Source of the DNA: Phycisphaera mikurensis NBRC 102666
GTDB taxonomy: Bacteria; Planctomycetota; Phycisphaerae; Phycisphaerales; Phycisphaeraceae
Length of the DNA stretch: 32,000 nt
Direction of reading: 5' to 3'
Assembly: GCF_000284115.1 (NCBI RefSeq)
Contig: NC_017080.1
Span: forward strand, 3,720,001 to 3,752,000
Below are positions 24,617-32,000 of the stretch, in pieces (position 1 is the stretch's first letter; every line of letters starts with the position of its first letter). Made by a program: the position numbers and the translations under genes. A model generated the notes under the pieces. It was not told where the DNA came from, did no database searches, and saw only the letters and a program-made list of their open reading frames with translations.

Positions 24617-25933
24617 ATGCGTTCCGTCTGGCTCGTGCTCGCGCTCGCCGCGTCGGCGGGCCTCGCCGCCGGGCAGGGCGCAGGCCGCGTGGCCGCCGAC
24701 GTCGAGGCGCTGCTGCGGCCGCGGCCGGGGGTGGAGGGGCCGCCGCTGGGGCAGGTCCACGCGGAGCCGCGGATTAGGGTGCGGGTGCGGGCGGGGGTGG
24801 ACCGCGTGACGCTCGGCGAGGCCGGCGCCCGCGTGGCGCTGCGCGGCGGCGGGCCGACCGGCCCGGGGTCGCTGCTCCCGGGGCCGGTGGTGCTGCGGGC
24901 GGGGGCCGGCTTCTTCGTGAGCGAGGACGCGACGGGGGCGCGGCTCCGCTGGCCGGTCGCTCGCCTGAGCGCCGCGGCCGGGTCGGCCGGGGCGCCGCTC
25001 GCGCTCGACGGCGAGCCGCACCCCGGCTCGCTGACGCTCGCGCTGCGGAGCGGCGAGCCGCGGATGGACGCGATCGAGCTCGTCGGGCTCGAGTCGTACC
25101 TGCCCGGCGTGCTCGATCGCGAGCTCTACGCCTCGTGGTCTCCGGAGGCGTTCCGGGCTCAGGCCATCGCCGCCCGCAGCTACGCGATCTGGGAGGTGGA
25201 GCTCACGCGGCGGGCAGCCGGCGGCGACCCCGGCTTCGACCTCGAGAACACCACCGCGAGCCAGGCCTACGGCGGCGTCGCCAAGAACCCCAAAGCCGCC
25301 GACGGCGTCGCGGCCACCCGCGGCGTGGTGCTCGCGTACGGCGGCCGGGTGCTGCCGGCCTTCTACTGCTCGGCCGTGGGCGGGCCGGGCGCCGACGCGG
25401 CCCAGACCTTCCCGGGGCGGGCGCCCGACCTGGCCCCGCTGCGCGGGAGCGACCACGGCGGACGCGACGCGGCGAGCCCCCGGTTCGGCTGGGGCCCGGT
25501 CACGCGGGACCGCCGCGAGCTCGCCCGGCGGATCGCCGCCTGGGGCGCCGCGAACCAGAACCCCGTGGCGGGGCTGCGGGTGCTGGAGGCGATCGAGCCC
25601 GCCGCCACCAACTTCGTCGGCCGGCTCGCCGCGTACCGCCTGCGCGACGCCTCGGGCGCCGCGTTCCTGCTCCGCGCCGACGAGCTGCGGCACGCCGCCA
25701 ACGCCGCCGCGCCCGGCCTGCCCGCCGCCGCCGGCGACGACCGGCTCTTCTCCGGCGACTTCGCCGTCCGCCGCGGGGGCGAGGCCTTCACCTTCTCGCG
25801 GGGCCGCGGCTTCGGTCACGGCGTGGGCCTGAGCCAGTGGGGCGCGCAGGGGATGGCGGCGCGGGGCTTCGCCCACCCCGCGATCCTCGCCGCCTACTAC
25901 CCGGGGGCGACGCTCGCGCGGGCCTATCGCTGA
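24617..25933 (+). CDS. SpoIID/LytB-domain secreted protein
   Basis: Signal peptide MRSVWLVLALAASAGLAAG; LESYLPGVLDRELYASWSPEAFRAQAIAARSYAIWE...ASQAYGGV...RGFGHGVGLSQWGAQGMAARGFAHPAILAAYYPGA. Alternative start at 24584. Confidence 0.9.
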   Translation: MRSVWLVLALAASAGLAAGQGAGRVAADVEALLRPRPGVEGPPLGQVHAEPRIRVRVRAGVDRVTLGEAGARVALRGGGPTGPGSLLPGPVVLRAGAGFFVSEDATGARLRWPVARLSAAAGSAGAPLALDGEPHPGSLTLALRSGEPRMDAIELVGLESYLPGVLDRELYASWSPEAFRAQAIAARSYAIWEVELTRRAAGGDPGFDLENTTASQAYGGVAKNPKAADGVAATRGVVLAYGGRVLPAFYCSAVGGPGADAAQTFPGRAPDLAPLRGSDHGGRDAASPRFGWGPVTRDRRELARRIAAWGAANQNPVAGLRVLEAIEPAATNFVGRLAAYRLRDASGAAFLLRADELRHAANAAAPGLPAAAGDDRLFSGDFAVRRGGEAFTFSRGRGFGHGVGLSQWGAQGMAARGFAHPAILAAYYPGATLARAYR

Positions 25934-25963
25934 CGCGCGACCCGCGACGCGGGGCGGCGCAGC

Positions 25964-25992
25964 CCCCGCGTCCCCGCGTCCCCGCGTCCCCG
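25964..25992. repeat. 8-bp tandem repeat (CCCCGCGT)x3.6
   Basis: CCCCGCGT at 25964, 25972, 25980, then CCCCGC, directly adjoining 46-bp element copy 5. Confidence 0.8.
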
Positions 25993-26038
25993 CCGCGGAC
26001 CGTCGGCGGTTCGGGCGCCCCGAGTCCGCGGTCCGCGG
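25993..26038. repeat. 46-bp intergenic inverted-repeat element, copy 5
   Basis: CCGCGGACCG (25993-26002) - 26 bp - CGGTCCGCGG (26029-26038); between convergent stops. Confidence 0.88.
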
Positions 26039-26042
26039 AGGT

Positions 26043-27434
26043 TCAGTTCGTCGCGCCGGCTCCGCGGGCCCGCAGCCGGTCGGCGACGTTGAACATGGCC
26101 CGGACCGTGTGGTACGGGCCCTTCCAGGCGTTCGCCTTGCCCTCGGGCCCGGCGGGCGTGCCGTCGGCCGCGGTCGACCAGCGCCAGCCGCCGAGCCGGT
26201 GGTCGATCAGGTGGTCGACGCTGAACGCCCACGTGGCGGCGAAGGCGTCGCGGTACGCGGGCGTCTCGTCGCCGAAGAGGTCGTCCATCAGGAGCAGCGC
26301 GTGGGCCGCCTCGGCCTGCGCCCACCAGACCTTCGTCTCGCTGGTGGGCGGGCCGAAGGCGGGGCCGGCGTCGAAGACGCCGCCGTGCTCCGGGTCGAGG
26401 CCCCAGCGGATCGCGTGGTCGGCCAGCGCCCGCGCCACGGGCAGCGTCCGCTCGATCTCGTCGGGGCCCAGCCGCTCCGCCGCGTCCAGCAGCAGGTAGG
26501 CCGACTCCAGGTCGTGCCCGTAGGAGCCCGACGAGGGCACCGCCCGCCAGTCGGGCGTGAAGAAGAGGTTCATCGCCCCCGGCTCCACCGTCACGGTGTC
26601 CCGCAGCAGCCCGAGCAGCTCGGCCAGCCGCTCCGCCAGTTCCGGGTCGGGCCAGGCCCGGTGCAGCTCGGCGTACGCCTCCATCAGGTGGAGGTGCGTG
26701 TTCATGGATTTGAAGCCGTACGCCGTGCCGATGACGTCGCTCCCGTCGCGGTCCCAAGCCGGGGCCTCGAGGATCGGCGTGCCGTCGCGCAGGAAGGCCT
26801 CGCGGTAGCCGCGGTGGTCCGGGTCGCGCGCGACTCGCTCGATCCAGCGGAAGCCGTCCTTCGCCAGTTCCAGCGCGGCGGCGTCGCCGAGCGTGCGCGC
26901 CGCGTTGGCGGCGGCGTACACCGCGAAGGACACGCCGTAGAGGTGCTTCTGCCCCGCCTCGGCATCGGGCTCCCCGGCGGCGGAGGTGTCGATCGACCAG
27001 AAGAAGCCGCCCTCACGCGGGTCGCTCAGCGGGCCGGCGAGCAGCTCCAGCCCGTGGCGTGCGAGGGCCTCGGCCTCGTCGACGGCGCCCGGCCGCTGCC
27101 GCGCGGCCTGCGCCAGCGTCCAGATCACCCGCGACTGGTAGACGAGCGTCTTCACCGGGCTCGGGGTCGGGGTCCAGCCGTTGTCGAGGTCGGTGTGGAA
27201 GCCGCCGTGCTCCCGATCGACCGCGTGCTCGGCGAAGGCGCGGATCTCCGCCAGGCCCGCCGCGTCGAACGCGGCGGCGGCCGGGAGCGCGAGCCCACCC
27301 TCCGCGGGAGGCGCGGTCTCGGCCGCCGCGGGGAATGCGGCTTCGCCCGAGGCGGTTGGGGCCGCGGCGACCGGGAGCCACACGAGCGCGGCCACGAAGA
27401 GCAGGCGAGGACGGCGGGGTCTGGGCGAGATCAT
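26043..27434 (-). CDS. Secreted AGE (N-acylglucosamine 2-epimerase / mannose isomerase) family protein
   Basis: FAEHAVDREHGGFHTDLDNGWTPTPSPVKTLVYQSRVIWTLAQAARQRP...NTHLHLMEAYAELHRAWPD...GHDLESAYLLLDAAERLG...KVWWAQAEAAHALLLM...KANAWKGPYHTVRAMFNVADRL. Confidence 0.88.
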   Translation of the reverse strand: MISPRPRRPRLLFVAALVWLPVAAAPTASGEAAFPAAAETAPPAEGGLALPAAAAFDAAGLAEIRAFAEHAVDREHGGFHTDLDNGWTPTPSPVKTLVYQSRVIWTLAQAARQRPGAVDEAEALARHGLELLAGPLSDPREGGFFWSIDTSAAGEPDAEAGQKHLYGVSFAVYAAANAARTLGDAAALELAKDGFRWIERVARDPDHRGYREAFLRDGTPILEAPAWDRDGSDVIGTAYGFKSMNTHLHLMEAYAELHRAWPDPELAERLAELLGLLRDTVTVEPGAMNLFFTPDWRAVPSSGSYGHDLESAYLLLDAAERLGPDEIERTLPVARALADHAIRWGLDPEHGGVFDAGPAFGPPTSETKVWWAQAEAAHALLLMDDLFGDETPAYRDAFAATWAFSVDHLIDHRLGGWRWSTAADGTPAGPEGKANAWKGPYHTVRAMFNVADRLRARGAGATN

Positions 27435-27663
27435 GACGGGATCGGCGAGAGGCGGAGCGGGCACCAGGTCATACCACGCCGCACGCCCGCGACGCAAGCA
27501 TTTTCTAAAGAAGCCCGGATCCAGCGCCGCCCGGCCGGTCCGGCGAGTGCTCGTGGCCACGCGGTTCACGGGACCGTCTCCGGCGTAGGATGAGAGATCC
27601 GTCACGATCGGGTGCGCTGGAGCGAAGGATGCTTCCCGCCGCCGCGGCCACGAAACGGATTTC

Positions 27664-27692
27664 TTGACGCGCGGCGGCCGGGGGTTTAGATT
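27664..27692 (+). promoter_or_regulatory. sigma70-type promoter for a leaderless lacI-family transcript
   Basis: TTGACG (27664-27669) - 17 bp - TAGATT (27687-27692) - 6 bp - GTG start at 27699. Confidence 0.7.
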
Positions 27693-27698
27693 CCGCAC

Positions 27699-28715
27699 GT
27701 GGCCCGCACCGGATCCCCCTCGCTCGCTGAAGTCGCCCGCCTCTCCGGGGTGTCGCCCTCGACGGTGAGCCGGGTGCTGAACCGCCACACCGAGAACTTC
27801 TCGGTGAAGGAAGAGACCCGGAAGCGGATCCTCGAGGCGGTCGACACGCTCGGCTACCGGGCCAACCCGATCACCCGCTCGATCCGGGCGAAGCAGACCA
27901 ACCTCATCGCCGTGCTGGGCATGCGGGACTTCGGCACCGCCATCCGCGGCGGCACCGAGATCGCGGTGAACGCCTTCATGCAGGCGGTCTACGCCGAGGG
28001 GTTCGAGCTCTGCACGAACATCATGAGCCCCAAGGAGCCGCCCTTCGTGCTCCCGCCCTGGCGGACCGACGCGGCCCTCGCGGTCGACGTCTCCGACGCC
28101 AAGCAGGTGGCCTGGCTCGAGGACGGCGACACGCCCTACGTCGTGCTCAACGGGCCGGCCGGCCCGACGGGCTCCTCGGTGCAAGCCGACGACACCGCCG
28201 GCGTCCACGAAGCCGTCCTGCACCTGGTGGTTCTGGGCCACAAGCGGATCGCTTTCGCGATGCCCGACACCTTCGACTGGCACGAGTCGCTGCTCAGCCG
28301 GCACCAGGCCTACCTCGCCAGCCTGCACAGCTTCGGCCTGAAGCCGGTGAACCCCGAGTTCAAGCCCGGCCTCAGCCCGCTGGACGTCGTCCGCCGCACG
28401 GTGATGCAGGGCGAGGCGACCGCGATCCTCTCGTACAACCACCTGATGGCGGTGAAGCTGCTGCGGGCCTGCTCGGCCATGGAGATCCGCGTCCCCCGCG
28501 ACGTCAGCCTCGTCTGCTTCAACGACCTCTTCCCCTGCGAGGACCTGGTGCCCTCGCTGACCGCGATGGCGCTGCCGAGCCGCGAGATGGGCATCCACGC
28601 GGCCGAGATCGTGCTGCGGCAGATCCGCGCCGACGGGCCGATCGAGCCCGAGCTGGTCCGCCTGCCCGAGGCGCTGGTGATCCGCGAGTCGACCGCCCAC
28701 CCGCCGGGCGACTGA
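27699..28715 (+). CDS. LacI-family transcriptional regulator
   Basis: [67 protein letters not shown]; GTG start. Confidence 0.95.
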   Translation: MARTGSPSLAEVARLSGVSPSTVSRVLNRHTENFSVKEETRKRILEAVDTLGYRANPITRSIRAKQTNLIAVLGMRDFGTAIRGGTEIAVNAFMQAVYAEGFELCTNIMSPKEPPFVLPPWRTDAALAVDVSDAKQVAWLEDGDTPYVVLNGPAGPTGSSVQADDTAGVHEAVLHLVVLGHKRIAFAMPDTFDWHESLLSRHQAYLASLHSFGLKPVNPEFKPGLSPLDVVRRTVMQGEATAILSYNHLMAVKLLRACSAMEIRVPRDVSLVCFNDLFPCEDLVPSLTAMALPSREMGIHAAEIVLRQIRADGPIEPELVRLPEALVIRESTAHPPGD

Positions 28716-28830
28716 ACGTCTTCTGCTCCGGCCGCTTCACGGCCTCTTCCTCTCCCCGTCGCCGCGGTCGCGGCGGCTCCCGAACCCCCTCCGCGGCGGC
28801 CCGCCCGTCGCCCCTGCTCAGGACTCCGAC

Positions 28831-29688
28831 ATGACACGCTCTTCCCGGGCTTCCGGCGCCTTCACCCTCATCGAGTTGCTCGTGGTGATCTCCATCATCG
28901 CGCTGCTCATCGGCATCCTGCTGCCGGCGCTGGGCGCCGCACGCGAGACGGCGCGGACGGCCGCCTGCTTGTCGAATCTGCGGCAGGTTTCGATCGGCAC
29001 CTACGCCTACGCGACCGATTCGAGGAGCTTCGTCGCCCCGCCTTCCGAGGACAACACCCGCAAGATCGGCCCGCAGGGCTTCGCCGGCGTCTACTGGTGG
29101 AACCGCCTGGACGAGCTCGACTACGTGCAGGCCACCGAAGGATTCGACTCGGGCTTCATGTGCCCGGCGGGCCTGAAGGAGGTCGCCAACACCTCGCTGG
29201 GCGGCCCGAAGAACTGGTTCGACCCGCCGCTGTCGCAGACCGACGAGCACGGGGCCCGGTACGTCGCGGAGTTCGACATCCGCAACACCCAGCGGCAGGC
29301 CAACAACTACGGCTACAACGCCTACGACGGCGGCTTCGGCGACTTCAACTGGGGCGGCAAGAACATCCGCAGCTACTTCCCCGCCGCGATCATCCCGGTG
29401 AGCGGCCGGAACCACCAAGCGAGCCTCGACGCGGTGAAGGACCAGACCACGCTGCTGCTCGCGTTCGACGGCCTCATGTTCTTCCGCGCCGACAGCAACC
29501 GCCTCAACCGACGCCACGCCGGGGGCAGCGTGATGAACGCGTCCTACGTGGACGGACACGCGAGCAGCGTGGTCGCGGGCGCGATGCCGACGGACGACGA
29601 CCCTTCCTTCCCCGGCTACACCGCCCCCAAGCTCGCCAACGAGGGCAACGACTGGGACTTCCGGGTCATCGTCAAGAACCCGTTCTGA
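28831..29688 (+). CDS. Type II secretion pseudopilin-like protein (N-methylation motif, C-terminal VDGH)
   Basis: [44 protein letters not shown]...; C-terminal ...[13 protein letters not shown]. Confidence 0.92.
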   Translation: MTRSSRASGAFTLIELLVVISIIALLIGILLPALGAARETARTAACLSNLRQVSIGTYAYATDSRSFVAPPSEDNTRKIGPQGFAGVYWWNRLDELDYVQATEGFDSGFMCPAGLKEVANTSLGGPKNWFDPPLSQTDEHGARYVAEFDIRNTQRQANNYGYNAYDGGFGDFNWGGKNIRSYFPAAIIPVSGRNHQASLDAVKDQTTLLLAFDGLMFFRADSNRLNRRHAGGSVMNASYVDGHASSVVAGAMPTDDDPSFPGYTAPKLANEGNDWDFRVIVKNPF

Positions 29689-29796
29689 CCGCTCTCGCGG
29701 CCGCGGGCCGCTGCTGTTCCTTTCTCACTTGCGGGGGCCGCCGTGGTCGTCGCGTCAACCCCGCCCGGGTCGCCGGGCACCCTTGGAGATTCCGAC

Positions 29797-30390
29797 ATGA
29801 CCTCACGCTTCCCCCGTCTCCTGGCTCCCGTCGCCGCCGCCGCCCTGGCGGCGGTCCCCGCGGCCGCGGCCCCTTTCACGCCCACCCAGGCCCAGCTCGG
29901 CGGCCTGGTCACCGGCTTCGACGGGGTCGTCCTCACCAACACCAACGAGGCCGGCGGCACGGGTGTCGTGCTGACGGCCGACCCGACCGACAACGGCGGC
30001 TTCAGCCGCGTCGTCGCGCAGCTGCCCAGCTTCGACCAGGACCTCTCGGCCTTCGCGTCGTTCGACCTGGAGATCGAGCTCGCCGCCGGGTCGACGGGCA
30101 TCGACAGCGTCTCGTCCTTCATCCAGACCGGGCCCGCCTTCACCTTCGAGCAGTCGGCCGCCGTGTCGCTCAGCCCCGGCGTGGCCGTGCCGGTCTCGCT
30201 GGACTTCTCCGGCACCACCGGCGACCTCACCGCCGTCCGGCAGATCGGCCTGCAGTTCTTCGGCCCCGGCGGCGCCGCCGCGCCCGGCCAGGTCATCACG
30301 ATCCGCCCGATCCCCGAGCCCGCCTCGCTGGCGACGCTGGGCGTCCTCGGCGGTGCGGCGTTGCTGCGTCGCCGGCGCCGCGGAGCCTGA
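29797..30390 (+). CDS. PEP-CTERM sorting-signal exported protein
   Basis: Signal peptide; C-terminus IPEPASLATLGVLGGAALLRRRRRGA. Confidence 0.88.
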   Translation: MTSRFPRLLAPVAAAALAAVPAAAAPFTPTQAQLGGLVTGFDGVVLTNTNEAGGTGVVLTADPTDNGGFSRVVAQLPSFDQDLSAFASFDLEIELAAGSTGIDSVSSFIQTGPAFTFEQSAAVSLSPGVAVPVSLDFSGTTGDLTAVRQIGLQFFGPGGAAAPGQVITIRPIPEPASLATLGVLGGAALLRRRRRGA

Positions 30391-30554
30391 CCGTCCGCTT
30401 CCCTGAGGGTCCCACCCGGCCCGCACCCGTTCGCCGTCGGCAAACGCCGCCGGCGCACCCTCGCCCCGCTCCCGTCCGCGTCCGCTTGTGCTCAAGCGGC
30501 CAACCCCGCTCCCCCCGGCGCGCCTCCGCGGCGCGCCGCAGCCGCCGCTGTCCC

Positions 30555-32000
30555 ATGCGCCCCACCGCCCTGCTCCCTCGCGTCCTCGTCGCTCTGGCCG
30601 CCGCCGGTCCCGTCGCGGCCGGCCCGGCTCTTCAAGCCACCGAGCCCGCCTTCGGCTGGGTGCCCGGCGTCCGCCTCGGCGGCGAGACCGTCTTCGACGA
30701 GCTGAACCTCCGGCTCAACGAGGCCGGGGGCGGGGCGAGCCTGCTCCGCTTCCAGAACGCCACGGCGGACGCGGGCTCGACCGCCGCGGCACAGGCGAGC
30801 GGACGTCTCCTCGACGCCGACGCCCGCTTCACCTGGTCGCTGGAGCGTGAGGCCGGGCCCGGCCTGCTGGACGGCCTGCGGATCCACCAGGCCATCGTGC
30901 CCGGCGAAGACTTCCGCCGCGGCGACACCGTCACCCGCCTGCTGGTCCCCGCGGGGCTCGTCGCGGGCCGCCCGTGGCGGAAGGGCAACGGGGCCAACGA
31001 GGCCGGGGCCTTCCCGGAGTCGAAGCCGAGCGACGGGCACGTGCTGCTGGAGGGCTCGTCGGAGTGGATCGCCTGGCAGCTGCCCGATGCCCGATGGATC
31101 CGCGTCCGACCGGACGCGCCGTCGGTCATGCGGTGGCAGCTGCAGGACAACCGGGTCTTCGACGACGATCGTTTCGAGCTGCAGCTGTACGGCCGTGGCG
31201 GCGGCGGCATCGCGGCGGCCGGGACGCCCATCGACGTGCGCTACACGATCGACCTGATGGACGACGCGGCGCTGCAAGCCGCTTACGCCGCGCCGCCCGA
31301 AGCGCCGGCCGTCGACCGCGGCCCCGGCGTCGCGATGCTCGTGGGCGAAGGCCCGGCCGGGTTCCGGGGCCTCGAGCGGCTCGCCGGTGCCGACGCGGTG
31401 GCCGACCTCGTCGAGTTCCGCATCGACCTCGACGCCGACTACCAGAACCCCTTCGACCCGGAGGACGTGCGGCTCGACGCCGAGATCACCGGTCCCGACG
31501 GGCGAACCCGCACCGTGCCCGCCTTCTTCCAGGTCGGGTACGAGCGTGCGCTGCGCGGCGACGAGGAGGTGCTCATCGGCACCGGCGAGCACGGCTGGCG
31601 GCTTCGCTTCCGCCCGGACCGTCCCGGCACCCACAGCCTGCGGCTGAGCCTCGACGACGGCGAGAACGCGGTCCGCTCCACGCCGACGACCTTCCACGTG
31701 GACGGCCCCTTCACCCGCGCCGCGTTCATCCGCATCAGCCCCGAAAACCGCTTCGCCTTCGCCACCGCCGGCGGAGAGCCCTACGTGCCCATCGGCCTCA
31801 ACACCGCGTGGCCCGGCAGCGGCGGCACGCACGCGTACGACCGCTGGTGGGCGGACCTCGCCGACCACGGCGGCAACTTCGCGCGGATCTGGCTCGCCCC
31901 GACCTTCAACCGGCTCGGGCTGGAGCGTCCCGAGAAGGAGGGCGTGCCCTCCTCCGGCGTCGGGCGCATCGACCAGCAGGCCGCGGCCCGCGTCGACTAC
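30555..32000 (+). CDS. Secreted glycoside hydrolase-like protein with DUF5060-like N-terminal domain (partial, runs off window)
   Basis: Open frame absent from the ORF track because there is no stop in the window: MRPTALLPRVLVALAAAGPVAAGPALQ...RLDAEITGPDGRTRTVPAFFQ...EHGWRLRFRPDRPGTHSLRLSLDDG...FIRISPENRFAFATAGGEPYVPIGLNTAWPG...YDRWWADLADHGGNFARIWLAP. Confidence 0.8.
   Translation, partial: MRPTALLPRVLVALAAAGPVAAGPALQATEPAFGWVPGVRLGGETVFDELNLRLNEAGGGASLLRFQNATADAGSTAAAQASGRLLDADARFTWSLEREAGPGLLDGLRIHQAIVPGEDFRRGDTVTRLLVPAGLVAGRPWRKGNGANEAGAFPESKPSDGHVLLEGSSEWIAWQLPDARWIRVRPDAPSVMRWQLQDNRVFDDDRFELQLYGRGGGGIAAAGTPIDVRYTIDLMDDAALQAAYAAPPEAPAVDRGPGVAMLVGEGPAGFRGLERLAGADAVADLVEFRIDLDADYQNPFDPEDVRLDAEITGPDGRTRTVPAFFQVGYERALRGDEEVLIGTGEHGWRLRFRPDRPGTHSLRLSLDDGENAVRSTPTTFHVDGPFTRAAFIRISPENRFAFATAGGEPYVPIGLNTAWPGSGGTHAYDRWWADLADHGGNFARIWLAPTFNRLGLERPEKEGVPSSGVGRIDQQAAARVDY

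Overview
High-GC window, probably from a Phycisphaera-like planctomycete; this is an inference from GC content, a LEPR/xLLSG-like N-terminus, a PEP-CTERM protein and an H-x9-DG pseudopilin. The left ~12.7 kb looks like a defence or accessory island. It holds a SNF2-family helicase (partial, minus strand), an HTH/DUF433-type antitoxin-like gene followed by a truncated PIN-like toxin remnant, an overlapping two-gene cassette of unknown function (3649-5219), a type III-like restriction-modification pair (Mod 5298-7553, Res 7554-10235), a downstream protein with two CxxC...H zinc-finger-like modules, and a small HEPN-like protein. The right ~19 kb is mostly housekeeping and carbohydrate/surface genes: CIA30-family protein, giant BNR/xyloglucanase-like surface protein, 2-hydroxyacid dehydrogenase, HDOD protein, RecJ, isocitrate dehydrogenase, HTH regulator, SpoIID-like protein, AGE epimerase, LacI regulator, pseudopilin, PEP-CTERM protein and a DUF5060-like glycoside hydrolase (partial). 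The least expected signals are non-coding. (1) A 46-bp intergenic element, CCGCGGACCG-N26-CGGTCCGCGG, has perfect arms and an invariant 26-bp spacer in five separate intergenic gaps, with a sixth degenerate copy. (2) Nested palindromic arrays of ~77 bp (GGGTGCCACGCC...GGCGTGGCACCC) flank a 4.5-kb segment on both sides. (3) A strict 42-bp tandem repeat has 5 copies. (4) A TANNNT -10 box lies exactly at -12..-7 from the start codon in five genes, implying leaderless mRNAs. (5) A sharply lower-GC block sits inside mod where the target recognition domain should be, suggesting a specificity swap.
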